This document shows, in pieces, positions 28,418-35,243 of a stretch of DNA of 38,818 nt. Each line of letters opens with the position of its first letter. The stretch's first letter is position 1. Made by a program: the position numbers and the translations under genes. The stretch is from a virus. Its lineage: Duplodnaviria; Caudoviricetes. The stretch covers positions 1 to 38,818 of the IMG/VR virus record IMGVR_UViG_3300036798_000782; one strand, given 5' to 3'. The notes under the pieces were generated by a model. The model was given only the letters and a program-made list of their open reading frames with translations. It ran no database searches and had not been told where the DNA came from.

Positions 28418-29111
28418 GGAAGAAAAAGAGCGAAAAGAATTTTCCCGCCGCTTAGCTCGAGCATGTGATAGAGCGGGAATGGAGTTACATGGCCGCCAAG
28501 TTGAAATAGCTAGGGCGCTTAGACTTACGCCCAAAGCTGTAAGCAAATGGTTTAATGCTGAAGCAATACCTCGCCGGGGGAAAATGGCTGAATTAGCTGA
28601 TTACATCGGGACATCTGTGATGTATCTCATAGGTGAATCTGATGAAGATGGCGTCATAGAAGCGCCAAGGAAAAGTAGCAATCTCTACCGAGTTGATGTT
28701 CTAGACATACAAGCCAGTGCAGGACCAGGGACTGTAGTATCAAGCGAAGTAGCAGAGACTGTTAATCACATCGTATATGATAGCCAGGAGGCATTGGAGG
28801 TCTTTGGTCATCGCCAACCCTCTTCTATCAAAGTGATAACGGTTACCGGCGATAGCATGGCCGGAACGATAGAGCTTGGTGATTACATCTTTGTTGATGT
28901 GTCAAAGGACTACTTCGTCAATGATGGGATTTATGTTTTCTTCTACAAGGGTAAATTGCTTGTTAAGCGACTACAGCTTACCGGCGACAGCCTTCTTGTA
29001 AGGTCTGACAATCCAAAGTATTCGGACTGGAAGATCACCGAAGAAAACGAACAATACCTGAAGGTAGTTGGCAAGGTTATCTACAGCCACGCCATCCGGA
29101 GACATGGGTGA
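28410..29111 (+). CDS. cI: CI repressor, HK022-like, with S24 autoproteolytic domain
   Basis: MVQEEKERKEFSRRLA..HGRQ..TPKAVSKWFN HTH; ASAG cleavage site; GDSM and KRL catalytic motifs. Confidence 0.95.
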   Translation: MVQEEKERKEFSRRLARACDRAGMELHGRQVEIARALRLTPKAVSKWFNAEAIPRRGKMAELADYIGTSVMYLIGESDEDGVIEAPRKSSNLYRVDVLDIQASAGPGTVVSSEVAETVNHIVYDSQEALEVFGHRQPSSIKVITVTGDSMAGTIELGDYIFVDVSKDYFVNDGIYVFFYKGKLLVKRLQLTGDSLLVRSDNPKYSDWKITEENEQYLKVVGKVIYSHAIRRHG

Positions 29112-29130
29112 GATCGTAACGTTAATGATT

Positions 29131-29159
29131 AAGGTCGCCTCAAGGCGGCCTTTTTTGTT
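29131..29159 (+). terminator. Terminator after cI
   Basis: AAGGTCGCC-TCAA-GGCGGCCTT followed by TTTTGTT. Confidence 0.85.
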
Positions 29160-29291
29160 GATCAAGCTTACGCCACCTGAGACTAAATTGCTGGGCACCA
29201 GCAAATTCAAGATCTGAATCATCATACAAATAAGATCTTGAAAGCAAGCATCCATTCATAAAATCAGATCGGAATCTCGAATCAAAAAAGC

Positions 29292-29343
29292 TTGATTGAT
29301 CGCCAGTATCGATCATAAACTTACTGTATTAGTAAACAGGAGG
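29292..29343 (+). promoter_or_regulatory. Promoter with LexA (SOS) box and a GATC pair
   Basis: TTGATT-N18-TAAACT; CTGTATTAGTAAACAG at 29324-29339 abuts the AGGAGG RBS; GATCG-N7-CGATC at 29298-29314. Confidence 0.75.
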
Positions 29344-29348
29344 TCGCC

Positions 29349-29942
29349 ATGGCGAACGAACTATCCATTAAAGCTTTCGTTCAATTCTTAGAGTCCCTTC
29401 CGGATTTAAACATCATTCCTGAAGCGACGGCTCGCAACCTTAAGAATTCATCTCTATTGCTGATTTCTTCAGCCGATCTTCCTGAAGATGAAGACGTTCG
29501 TACTTATGCTCCTGATCGCTATCTAGAGGGGTACATAAGAAATTCAGAATCTGAGCCGTCAGAAAACACCTTACAAGCATATAGAAGCAGGTTAGCTAGT
29601 GCGGTTAGGCTTTTTGTAGAGCATGTAACTGGAGAGCCACTGACAGCTACTGGGAGGGAATCTGGATCGGAAATGCTAAGGAATGCTTCTGCGAACTTTT
29701 TAAAGATTACTCACGAAGAACTCCATCAAAATCTGGGCTCAACAACCAAGAAAAGGAAAGCGTCAGTGGCTAGAAAATCATCAGTTAAAGACAAGCAAGA
29801 CGATGAGCTGAAAACTTTCGCTTTACCAATTCCTTTGCGCAGCGATCTAATTCTCACTATTGATAATCTACCAACAGATTTGAGCATCGATGAGGCTGAA
29901 AGGATTGCCACTATAGTGAAGTCGTTCGCGGTGAAGAACTAA
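29349..29942 (+). CDS. Accessory protein, unknown function; recombinase core-binding-like N-domain and small C-domain
   Basis: Strong RBS; PSENTLQAYRSRL..AV..F motif; basic linker; IPLR..LP.DL..EAERIA C-terminus. Confidence 0.8.
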   Translation: MANELSIKAFVQFLESLPDLNIIPEATARNLKNSSLLLISSADLPEDEDVRTYAPDRYLEGYIRNSESEPSENTLQAYRSRLASAVRLFVEHVTGEPLTATGRESGSEMLRNASANFLKITHEELHQNLGSTTKKRKASVARKSSVKDKQDDELKTFALPIPLRSDLILTIDNLPTDLSIDEAERIATIVKSFAVKN

Positions 29943-29949
29943 AGAATTT

Positions 29950-30100
29950 GAGGTAACTCCCCTGGCAGGGGGAGCCCCTCCGATCGAGGATAAAGGCACC
30001 CACGACCGTTTCAGTACTCGAAACACTGTTACAATAGTGGATCCTCGCATTTATCGCAAGAATCTTGTGGGGCGTGCTTCACCCATAGGAAATGGTGAAG
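29950..30100 (+). ncRNA. Candidate structured intergenic RNA
   Basis: Several hairpins plus long-range CGAGGAT/ATCCTCG pairing, identified by eye. Confidence 0.45.
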
Positions 30101-30103
30101 TCA

Positions 30104-30277
30104 ATGACTTTACGAACTATTGCTACAAAATCAGCACCTCCTGGCTTTACATGGAGACATTGCCGCTTCCGCAGAACTCGAGCAAAAGCAGGCACGCCTG
30201 ACTCCGAAAGGAAGGTCTTAGATGCTCATAAGTATGGCTATAAATGCTGGTCATTTTTAGTCAGGTGTAAAAAGTAA
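30104..30277 (+). CDS. 57-aa basic accessory protein (alternative start at 30092)
   Basis: MTLRTIATKSAPPGFTWRHCRFRR...VLDAHKYGYKCWSFLVRCKK; stop is followed directly by a terminator. Confidence 0.65.
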   Translation: MTLRTIATKSAPPGFTWRHCRFRRTRAKAGTPDSERKVLDAHKYGYKCWSFLVRCKK

Positions 30278-30284
30278 CCCTTTC

Positions 30285-30310
30285 TAACCCGGCTCCGGCC
30301 GGGTTTTTTT
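30285..30310 (+). terminator. Terminator closing the accessory cassette
   Basis: AACCCGGC-TCCG-GCCGGGTT followed by TTTTT. Confidence 0.85.
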
Positions 30311-30402
30311 CACCCCCCCCATCCTCAAGACAATTTAGTGAAAACTAAATTAACTTTAGATTCATTGGGTTATTCGCTTACAAACCATCCACACCCATAA
30401 AA

Positions 30403-30445
30403 TGTACTTTTGGTACTTTACATAAATGAACTATTGGTACATCAT
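30403..30445 (+). promoter_or_regulatory. OL1/OL2 operators and pL
   Basis: TGTACTTTTGGTACT (30403) and TGAACTATTGGTACA (30427) match the OR consensus; TTTACA -35; lambda-like leader CAGCAGGACGC follows. Confidence 0.85.
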
Positions 30446-30490
30446 CTTAATCACAGCAGGACGCTGACCAGCCAAACGGAAGATTGGCAC

Positions 30491-30534
30491 CGCTCTTTAA
30501 CAATCATGGGAATTTCTCCTGCCAGTGTAGGAGA
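30491..30534 (+). promoter_or_regulatory. nutL (boxA and boxB)
   Basis: CGCTCTTTAACA; TCTCCT-GCCAGTGT-AGGAGA. Confidence 0.85.
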
Positions 30535-30542
30535 CCAAAGCG

Positions 30543-30679
30543 AAGTGGCTTTGGGGTGTCGTGACCTCGCCAAAAAGTAATCGCTGCTCCATCTCAGTGG
30601 TAAGCGCGTAGCGGGAATACGGTAATCGCAACTGAGATAGAGGTACAACGTATCGATCACGACACCACCAAAGCCACTT
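30543..30679 (+). promoter_or_regulatory. RNase III processing stem in the N leader
   Basis: AAGTGGCTTTGGGGTGTCGTGA pairs with TCACGACACCACCAAAGCCACTT, as in the lambda N leader. Confidence 0.8.
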
Positions 30680-30692
30680 ACTGGAGGTAGTT

Positions 30693-30941
30693 ATGACAAC
30701 AATCATCGTTAAGCCAGCGAAAGAAAACAGCAAGACACGTCGCTATCGCCAGCGCGGTGAAGTGATGGCAAAACGCCGCGAAGATGCGGATACAGCGAAG
30801 AAGTTAAGCAAAGCCTGGGCGAAGTTAACCCGAGTTGAGTTGCCGGCACAGAAGCCTATTTATAGCGGCTCATGCTGCCTATCAGAAGTCGCACTCTATG
30901 CGGCAGGACATCGCAAATCCAAATCTATTACGGCGAGGTAA
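30693..30941 (+). CDS. N: N-family antiterminator (P22 gp24-like)
   Basis: Arg-rich NSKTRRYRQR motif; VALYAAGHRKSKSITAR C-terminus. Confidence 0.9.
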   Translation: MTTIIVKPAKENSKTRRYRQRGEVMAKRREDADTAKKLSKAWAKLTRVELPAQKPIYSGSCCLSEVALYAAGHRKSKSITAR

Positions 30942-30943
30942 GC

Positions 30944-31036
30944 ATGAGCTTCAGAGGAAAGGTTTGGTTTTGGATGTTGGTTTCATGCGCCCTCTTCTGG
31001 TGTGGCGTGGTTATTGGATTGATGAGGGTTATGTGA
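30944..31036 (+). CDS. 30-aa single-TM peptide, YmiA-like (MSFRGKVWFWMLVSCALFWCGVVIGLMRVM)
   Basis: Translated by hand; GAGGT RBS; fills the gap between N and the next gene. Confidence 0.65.
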   Translation: MSFRGKVWFWMLVSCALFWCGVVIGLMRVM

Positions 31037-31227
31037 TGCGAATAACAATGAATATTGAATCGTTAGCTGACCTTGAAGCGGCGATGGCGGCATTGCGCCA
31101 CTTCATCAAAGAAAAGCACGCTGGCGACGGAACAGCTGATTCATGGGGTATTGGAATAGCAGACTCCAGATACTTCTGTGTTGAATTAAAGAAGAACGGA
31201 AATTACAGCGTCAAGCAATCAAGCTGA
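31036..31227 (+). CDS. Hypothetical protein
   Basis: GAGG RBS; MRITMNIESLADL start coupled to the upstream stop. Confidence 0.6.
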   Translation: MRITMNIESLADLEAAMAALRHFIKEKHAGDGTADSWGIGIADSRYFCVELKKNGNYSVKQSS

Positions 31228-31287
31228 CCATCACAAAGCTCATATCTGTGTGGGCTTGATGATGTTTAGAGAAGCCTAGACACCCTT

Positions 31288-31312
31288 TAGGCCGCCATTG
31301 TGCGGCCATTTT
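31288..31312 (+). terminator. tL-like terminator
   Basis: GGCCGC-CATTGT-GCGGCC followed by ATTTTT. Confidence 0.65.
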
Positions 31313-31381
31313 TACCCATCGCTAAGCCAATTTACGAGTTGGTTCAGCAATGAATACCTATCAATCAACAGGAAAACGCCA

Positions 31382-31489
31382 ATGGCAAAAGCTATCGGCG
31401 GCGCTATTGGCGTCGCAAAAACACTGCTCGACCGCATCCATCAATATCTAATCGCTGGCGCTAAGCCAAATCGGGAGGCATTAGCATGA
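31382..31489 (+). CDS. cIII: CIII-like FtsH inhibitor (short)
   Basis: MAKAIGGAIGVAKTLLDRIHQYLIAG resembles CIII AIAG..SLL.RI...L..G; position before kil. Confidence 0.55.
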   Translation: MAKAIGGAIGVAKTLLDRIHQYLIAGAKPNREALA

Positions 31490-31602
31490 CAAAGCTGCAG
31501 CATGTTATCAGCCTGCTTGCCATTGAGTCGGTTAGGCTCGGCGATAAAGACCTGTTTCAGATTTCTAACCACCTTTTCCACTATCGGAGATTGATGCCAT
31601 GA
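31486..31602 (+). CDS. kil: Kil-like small protein (38 aa)
   Basis: Translated by hand: MTKLQHVISLLAIESVRLGDKDLFQISNHL...; GD..LF motif; GGAGG RBS; position. Confidence 0.5.
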   Translation: MTKLQHVISLLAIESVRLGDKDLFQISNHLFHYRRLMP

Positions 31603-31910
31603 ATGACTTGGAAAAAGCGCTTGATGCGCTTCCAGAAGAAGAACGTTCAATCATCGATGCCTTTGCTAATGAATATCTCTACGCCATCAAGGATTCAGCA
31701 TTTAGAAAGGCATGGACGGAATTGCGTTTGGCATCTGATGAGGAACAACGCTCATTCATGGATTCTGACGAGTTTTCTGAATGCCTACACCAATACCAGA
31801 CGGATACAGCGTATTGGTTTGCCCTTCGCCGCCGCAGTAAGGAAATTGAATCAGCAATAGATCATCAGACTTACATGGCAATTACTAACAGATACGACGA
31901 GGTAGCGTGA
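31599..31910 (+). CDS. Hypothetical acidic protein upstream of the recombinase
   Basis: Coupled ORF with GGAG RBS. Confidence 0.7.
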   Translation: MNDLEKALDALPEEERSIIDAFANEYLYAIKDSAFRKAWTELRLASDEEQRSFMDSDEFSECLHQYQTDTAYWFALRRRSKEIESAIDHQTYMAITNRYDEVA

Positions 31911-32806
31911 TGAGCTTCAGCATCATTGAATTCGTGAAGCAGCAGGAGCCGTTATTTAGCGGCGCGCTGACTGACCAATCAGTTACATGGGCTAAGGAAA
32001 GCCAGTTCGCGATGCAGCTTTTCCAGAAGAATGATTTCCTGACGAAAACGGCGATCGGGAATCCGGCGAGCGCGCAGAACGCGATTATCAACGTAGCGGC
32101 AATTGGCATCACGCTGAACCCAGCCAGCAAACTGGCCTACCTCGTTCCGCGTGATGGGATGGTGTGCCTCGACATCAGCTATATGGGTCTGCTTCACCTC
32201 GCTCAGGCCACCGGGTCGATTAAGTGGGGTCAGTGCAAGCTGGTTTACTCGAACGATACCTACGAATCGAATGGACTGGATAGCGCGCCTACTCATAAGT
32301 ACAACGCTTTCGGCGATCGTGGTGATGTGGTTGGCGGATACTGCACGGTTAAGACTCCCGACGGAGATTATCTCACAGAGGAAATGAGCCTCGCAGAGAT
32401 AAAGGCAACCGAAGCTACCAGTAAGGCAAGGAATGGCCCGTGGAAGACGTTCTGGGCGGAAATGGCGCGTAAGACAATCGTCAAGCGGGCAAGCAAATAC
32501 TGGCCGCGCGCCGAGCGCTTGGATAATGCAATACACGTCCTCAATGAAGAGGAAGGAATGCACCAAGAGCCGGTAATGCCACACACGCCAGAAAGCGAAG
32601 TTATCGAAGGTGAGAATGCGCGCAAGCAGGAGGTTTACGAAATGGTAGAAGGAATCTGCCAGAAGATGGAAGCGTCAGAAAGCATGGATGAACTTAAGCC
32701 ACTGTTCGCTGATGCCTTCAAGTTAACTCGCGGAATGAAGCTTCAGCAGAATGTTCAGGCCATCTATTCAGAGCGTAAGGCGCAGCTTGAAGGAGCAGCG
32801 TCATGA
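31907..32806 (+). CDS. recT: RecT-family single-strand annealing protein
   Basis: GITLNPASKLAYLVPR..LDISYMGL..GPWKT...EMARKTIVKRASKYWP. Confidence 0.92.
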   Translation: MMSFSIIEFVKQQEPLFSGALTDQSVTWAKESQFAMQLFQKNDFLTKTAIGNPASAQNAIINVAAIGITLNPASKLAYLVPRDGMVCLDISYMGLLHLAQATGSIKWGQCKLVYSNDTYESNGLDSAPTHKYNAFGDRGDVVGGYCTVKTPDGDYLTEEMSLAEIKATEATSKARNGPWKTFWAEMARKTIVKRASKYWPRAERLDNAIHVLNEEEGMHQEPVMPHTPESEVIEGENARKQEVYEMVEGICQKMEASESMDELKPLFADAFKLTRGMKLQQNVQAIYSERKAQLEGAAS

Positions 32807-33285
32807 GCAAGCTATACGACATCGCCAATGATTACGCAAAACTCATGGATTCTGGCTTAGAGCCAGACATGATCGCCGACACCATCGAAGGAATTGATGG
32901 TGAGATGGTTGATAAGGTCGAGCAGCTGCTTGCCATCTGCAAAAACGAGCAACTCTATGCTGAGGCTCTGAGGAATGAATCAAAGTCACTACTGGAAAGA
33001 GCGTCGGTAGTCGAAAACAAAATCTCAAGCATCAAGGAGTACATAGCCAGATCGCTTGAAACCGCTGGAAAGAAGTCAATCCGAGCGGGCTTACACCAAG
33101 TAACTCTTCGTGTTCCATCCCGTCAGGTTGATATCACCGACGAATCTATCCTGCCGATTGAATTCGTTGAGTACGAGACAGTCGTTAAGCCGGATAAGTT
33201 GGCCATCAAGCACCAACTGGACGCGGGAATCGCCGTTCCTGGCGCTCAGATCAAGCTTGGCAAGCCATCGTTAATCATCAAATAA
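32803..33285 (+). CDS. Siphovirus Gp157-family protein
   Basis: MSKLYDIA..DTIEGI..PDKLAIK..L..G..VPGA motif. Confidence 0.88.
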   Translation: MSKLYDIANDYAKLMDSGLEPDMIADTIEGIDGEMVDKVEQLLAICKNEQLYAEALRNESKSLLERASVVENKISSIKEYIARSLETAGKKSIRAGLHQVTLRVPSRQVDITDESILPIEFVEYETVVKPDKLAIKHQLDAGIAVPGAQIKLGKPSLIIK

Positions 33286-33296
33286 CGAGGTGATTT

Positions 33297-33659
33297 ATGG
33301 CTGAGCGCTGGCAGGACTACGAAAGAAAATATCTCCGGCAAGCAACCAAAGACACGGAAGTGGAAATCATCGCAAGGAAGCTTGAACGAAGCGAGTCTGC
33401 GGTCATTAGAGAGGCTCGCCGGTTGAAGCTAAGGCGTATCGGAGGAATATCTCTGCAATATAGAAACAAGAAACGGCCGCTTAGAAAATGGCGGCATCTA
33501 ATCAAGCCATGCGACAAATGGAGCCAACAAGAGTTGGCTCTTTTTTTTACCCATTCAAACCAGCAGATAGCCGAAATAACCGGTCGCTCAGTTGAGTCAA
33601 TCGGAGATAGGCGCTTGCTCGAAAACCTCCGGCGAAATGGCTGGCTAACCAAAAACTGA
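33297..33659 (+). CDS. Hypothetical DNA-binding protein with two HTH-like repeats
   Basis: W..E..L...IARKLERS and WSQQEL...IAEITGRS repeats. Confidence 0.65.
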   Translation: MAERWQDYERKYLRQATKDTEVEIIARKLERSESAVIREARRLKLRRIGGISLQYRNKKRPLRKWRHLIKPCDKWSQQELALFFTHSNQQIAEITGRSVESIGDRRLLENLRRNGWLTKN

Positions 33660-33667
33660 GACAACTA

Positions 33668-33847
33668 ATGTTCGGACTATTTCTTCTCATCTGCGCTAGC
33701 GGCGCGGATATCTGCAGCTATCAATCTGCTGGCTACATCTACCCGGATTATCAGAACTGTACTGCTGACATCGCCGCGCAAAAACTCCCCTCTTCTTACG
33801 AATGCCTGCCAGTTGATGCTGTGGTGCTGGCTAAGGATGACCTATGA
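33668..33847 (+). CDS. DUF1482/YebW-like small Cys protein (59 aa)
   Basis: Translated by hand: MFGLFLLICASGADIC...Y.DYQNC...ECLPV. Confidence 0.65.
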   Translation: MFGLFLLICASGADICSYQSAGYIYPDYQNCTADIAAQKLPSSYECLPVDAVVLAKDDL

Positions 33848-34299
33848 CAGAAGTATTGACCTATGAAGCACTGAAGGCTGAGCGCGATGCGCTGGAGGTT
33901 CGCCTGAGAAACGCTCTGTCTAGTGAGCAAGAAGCCATTCAGCGCGCTCATGCAGCCAATCAAACTTCTGATGCGCTGGCTGTGGAGAGTATCGGGCTGC
34001 GCCACATCGCAGAGCGCGTTGTTAACGCCCTGTACGCCGCCGGATATGAACCGGAAGAAAACTCACTTCACCCGTGGAAAAGCCTAATTTTCGATGCTGA
34101 AAAAGCATTGGATACCCCGGCCACTGACGCAGCACTTGCAGCTATCCGCAAGGAGTCACACATCGCGGGTATTCAAGCTGCTGCAGATCGTATCGGTGTC
34201 ATTTCACTGAAGTACAAGCCTGGGCAAAAACAGGAGCTGATTAAAGCGATTGGCCGTGAAGTTTTCCAGTATGCCAACGAGCTGCGGGTGGCCAAATGA
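33844..34299 (+). CDS. Ea-region (Eae/Ead-like) coiled-coil protein
   Basis: LKAERDAL..TPATDAALAAIR..YANELR motifs. Confidence 0.7.
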   Translation: MTEVLTYEALKAERDALEVRLRNALSSEQEAIQRAHAANQTSDALAVESIGLRHIAERVVNALYAAGYEPEENSLHPWKSLIFDAEKALDTPATDAALAAIRKESHIAGIQAAADRIGVISLKYKPGQKQELIKAIGREVFQYANELRVAK

Positions 34300-34580
34300 A
34301 AGAGCGCCCAGTGATGCAGCAACAAGTCAAATACCCCGGCGACTTTGACAGCTTGGAAATCCGTAAGCTGCTAGATGGCCTGGTATCTGCGCATATCTCC
34401 GCCGCTATTGCAGGTGAAAAGATGAAGGCAGCCGACCGCAATCGTGACCTGGCAACCATCAAGGAAAGCATCGTGAGTGCCGCCCACCTGGTTCGCTCGA
34501 TTATTGAGGATCGAGAGGGTGTATGGCTGAACGGAATTAACTCTGCAGATGCCTTCCTCAAGGAGTCCCAGCATGGCTAA
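34296..34580 (+). CDS. Hypothetical protein
   Basis: Coupled ORF in the pL operon. Confidence 0.65.
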   Translation: MKERPVMQQQVKYPGDFDSLEIRKLLDGLVSAHISAAIAGEKMKAADRNRDLATIKESIVSAAHLVRSIIEDREGVWLNGINSADAFLKESQHG

Positions 34581-34746
34581 GCGTAAGAGCAACAGAGAGC
34601 AGCCTTTGACGTTCGAGCAGTGGCTTGAATCAGAAAACAGAGAACCATCTGACCGCCTACGTATCGATTTAAAGGCCGCATTTGAAGCTGGGAAAAAAAG
34701 CCAACGGCTCAAACAGCGGGCCGAGGCCCAGGAGAAAGCACAATGA
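34573..34746 (+). CDS. Hypothetical protein
   Basis: AAGGAG RBS before MAKRKSNR; TFEQW..KAAFEAG. Confidence 0.6.
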   Translation: MAKRKSNREQPLTFEQWLESENREPSDRLRIDLKAAFEAGKKSQRLKQRAEAQEKAQ

Positions 34747-34943
34747 AAAATCTGAACATTTCATGGCTTGGCGCATGCCCTAAATGCGACAACGAAACGC
34801 ACAAGGTTGAGACGGAAAAAGGCACCGGTTGCTGGTTATATGCCGGTGACAAAATTACCTGTCCGCAGTGTGGCAATACTGGCGAAGTAGATGTCGATGA
34901 TTGCGCTTTCGCGGTGTGGGATGAGAAGGAGCAAGCATTGTGA
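34743..34943 (+). CDS. Zinc-ribbon protein
   Basis: CPKC...CPQC. Confidence 0.7.
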   Translation: MKNLNISWLGACPKCDNETHKVETEKGTGCWLYAGDKITCPQCGNTGEVDVDDCAFAVWDEKEQAL

Positions 34944-35239
34944 GCGTATGCATGGTTGATATTCGCCGACCTAACCAACGGATTCCTGACGTCGAAATGC
35001 CAAATCACACATGGTTTTGTGTGCTGGATATCCCCGGCATGGAAGCGCTGACAGACACCAGGAAATTCTGTGATACGGCTACCGCAACTCCAGCCAAGGC
35101 CAAGAAGATGGCTGATTTGGTTGAAGCATGGACTCCGCCGGACGGTTGGTGCAACGGTAACGACAAAGAATGGCACGCCAGAATGAAGGGCTACATCGTC
35201 GAGTTCCTTCGCAACTGCAACGGATTCAGAGTGAGGTAA
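34940..35239 (+). CDS. Hypothetical phage protein
   Basis: AGGAG RBS, GTG start, EFLRNCNGFRV end. Confidence 0.7.
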   Translation: MSVCMVDIRRPNQRIPDVEMPNHTWFCVLDIPGMEALTDTRKFCDTATATPAKAKKMADLVEAWTPPDGWCNGNDKEWHARMKGYIVEFLRNCNGFRVR

Positions 35240-35243
35240 CGAG

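Noticed and set aside
29349-29942. Second integrase or a RexA/BstA homologue
   Set aside because: No catalytic recombinase motifs and no similarity to RexAB or BstA that I can recognise.
29943-30103. Retron msr-msd or diversity-generating retroelement
   Set aside because: No reverse transcriptase anywhere in the window and no TR/VR repeat pair seen.
30451-30733. Minus-strand ORFs across the pL leader (sieB-like?)
   Set aside because: They overlap nutL and the RNase III stem and have no convincing RBS or protein features.
31979-32584. 201-aa minus-strand ORF
   Set aside because: Antisense shadow of recT.
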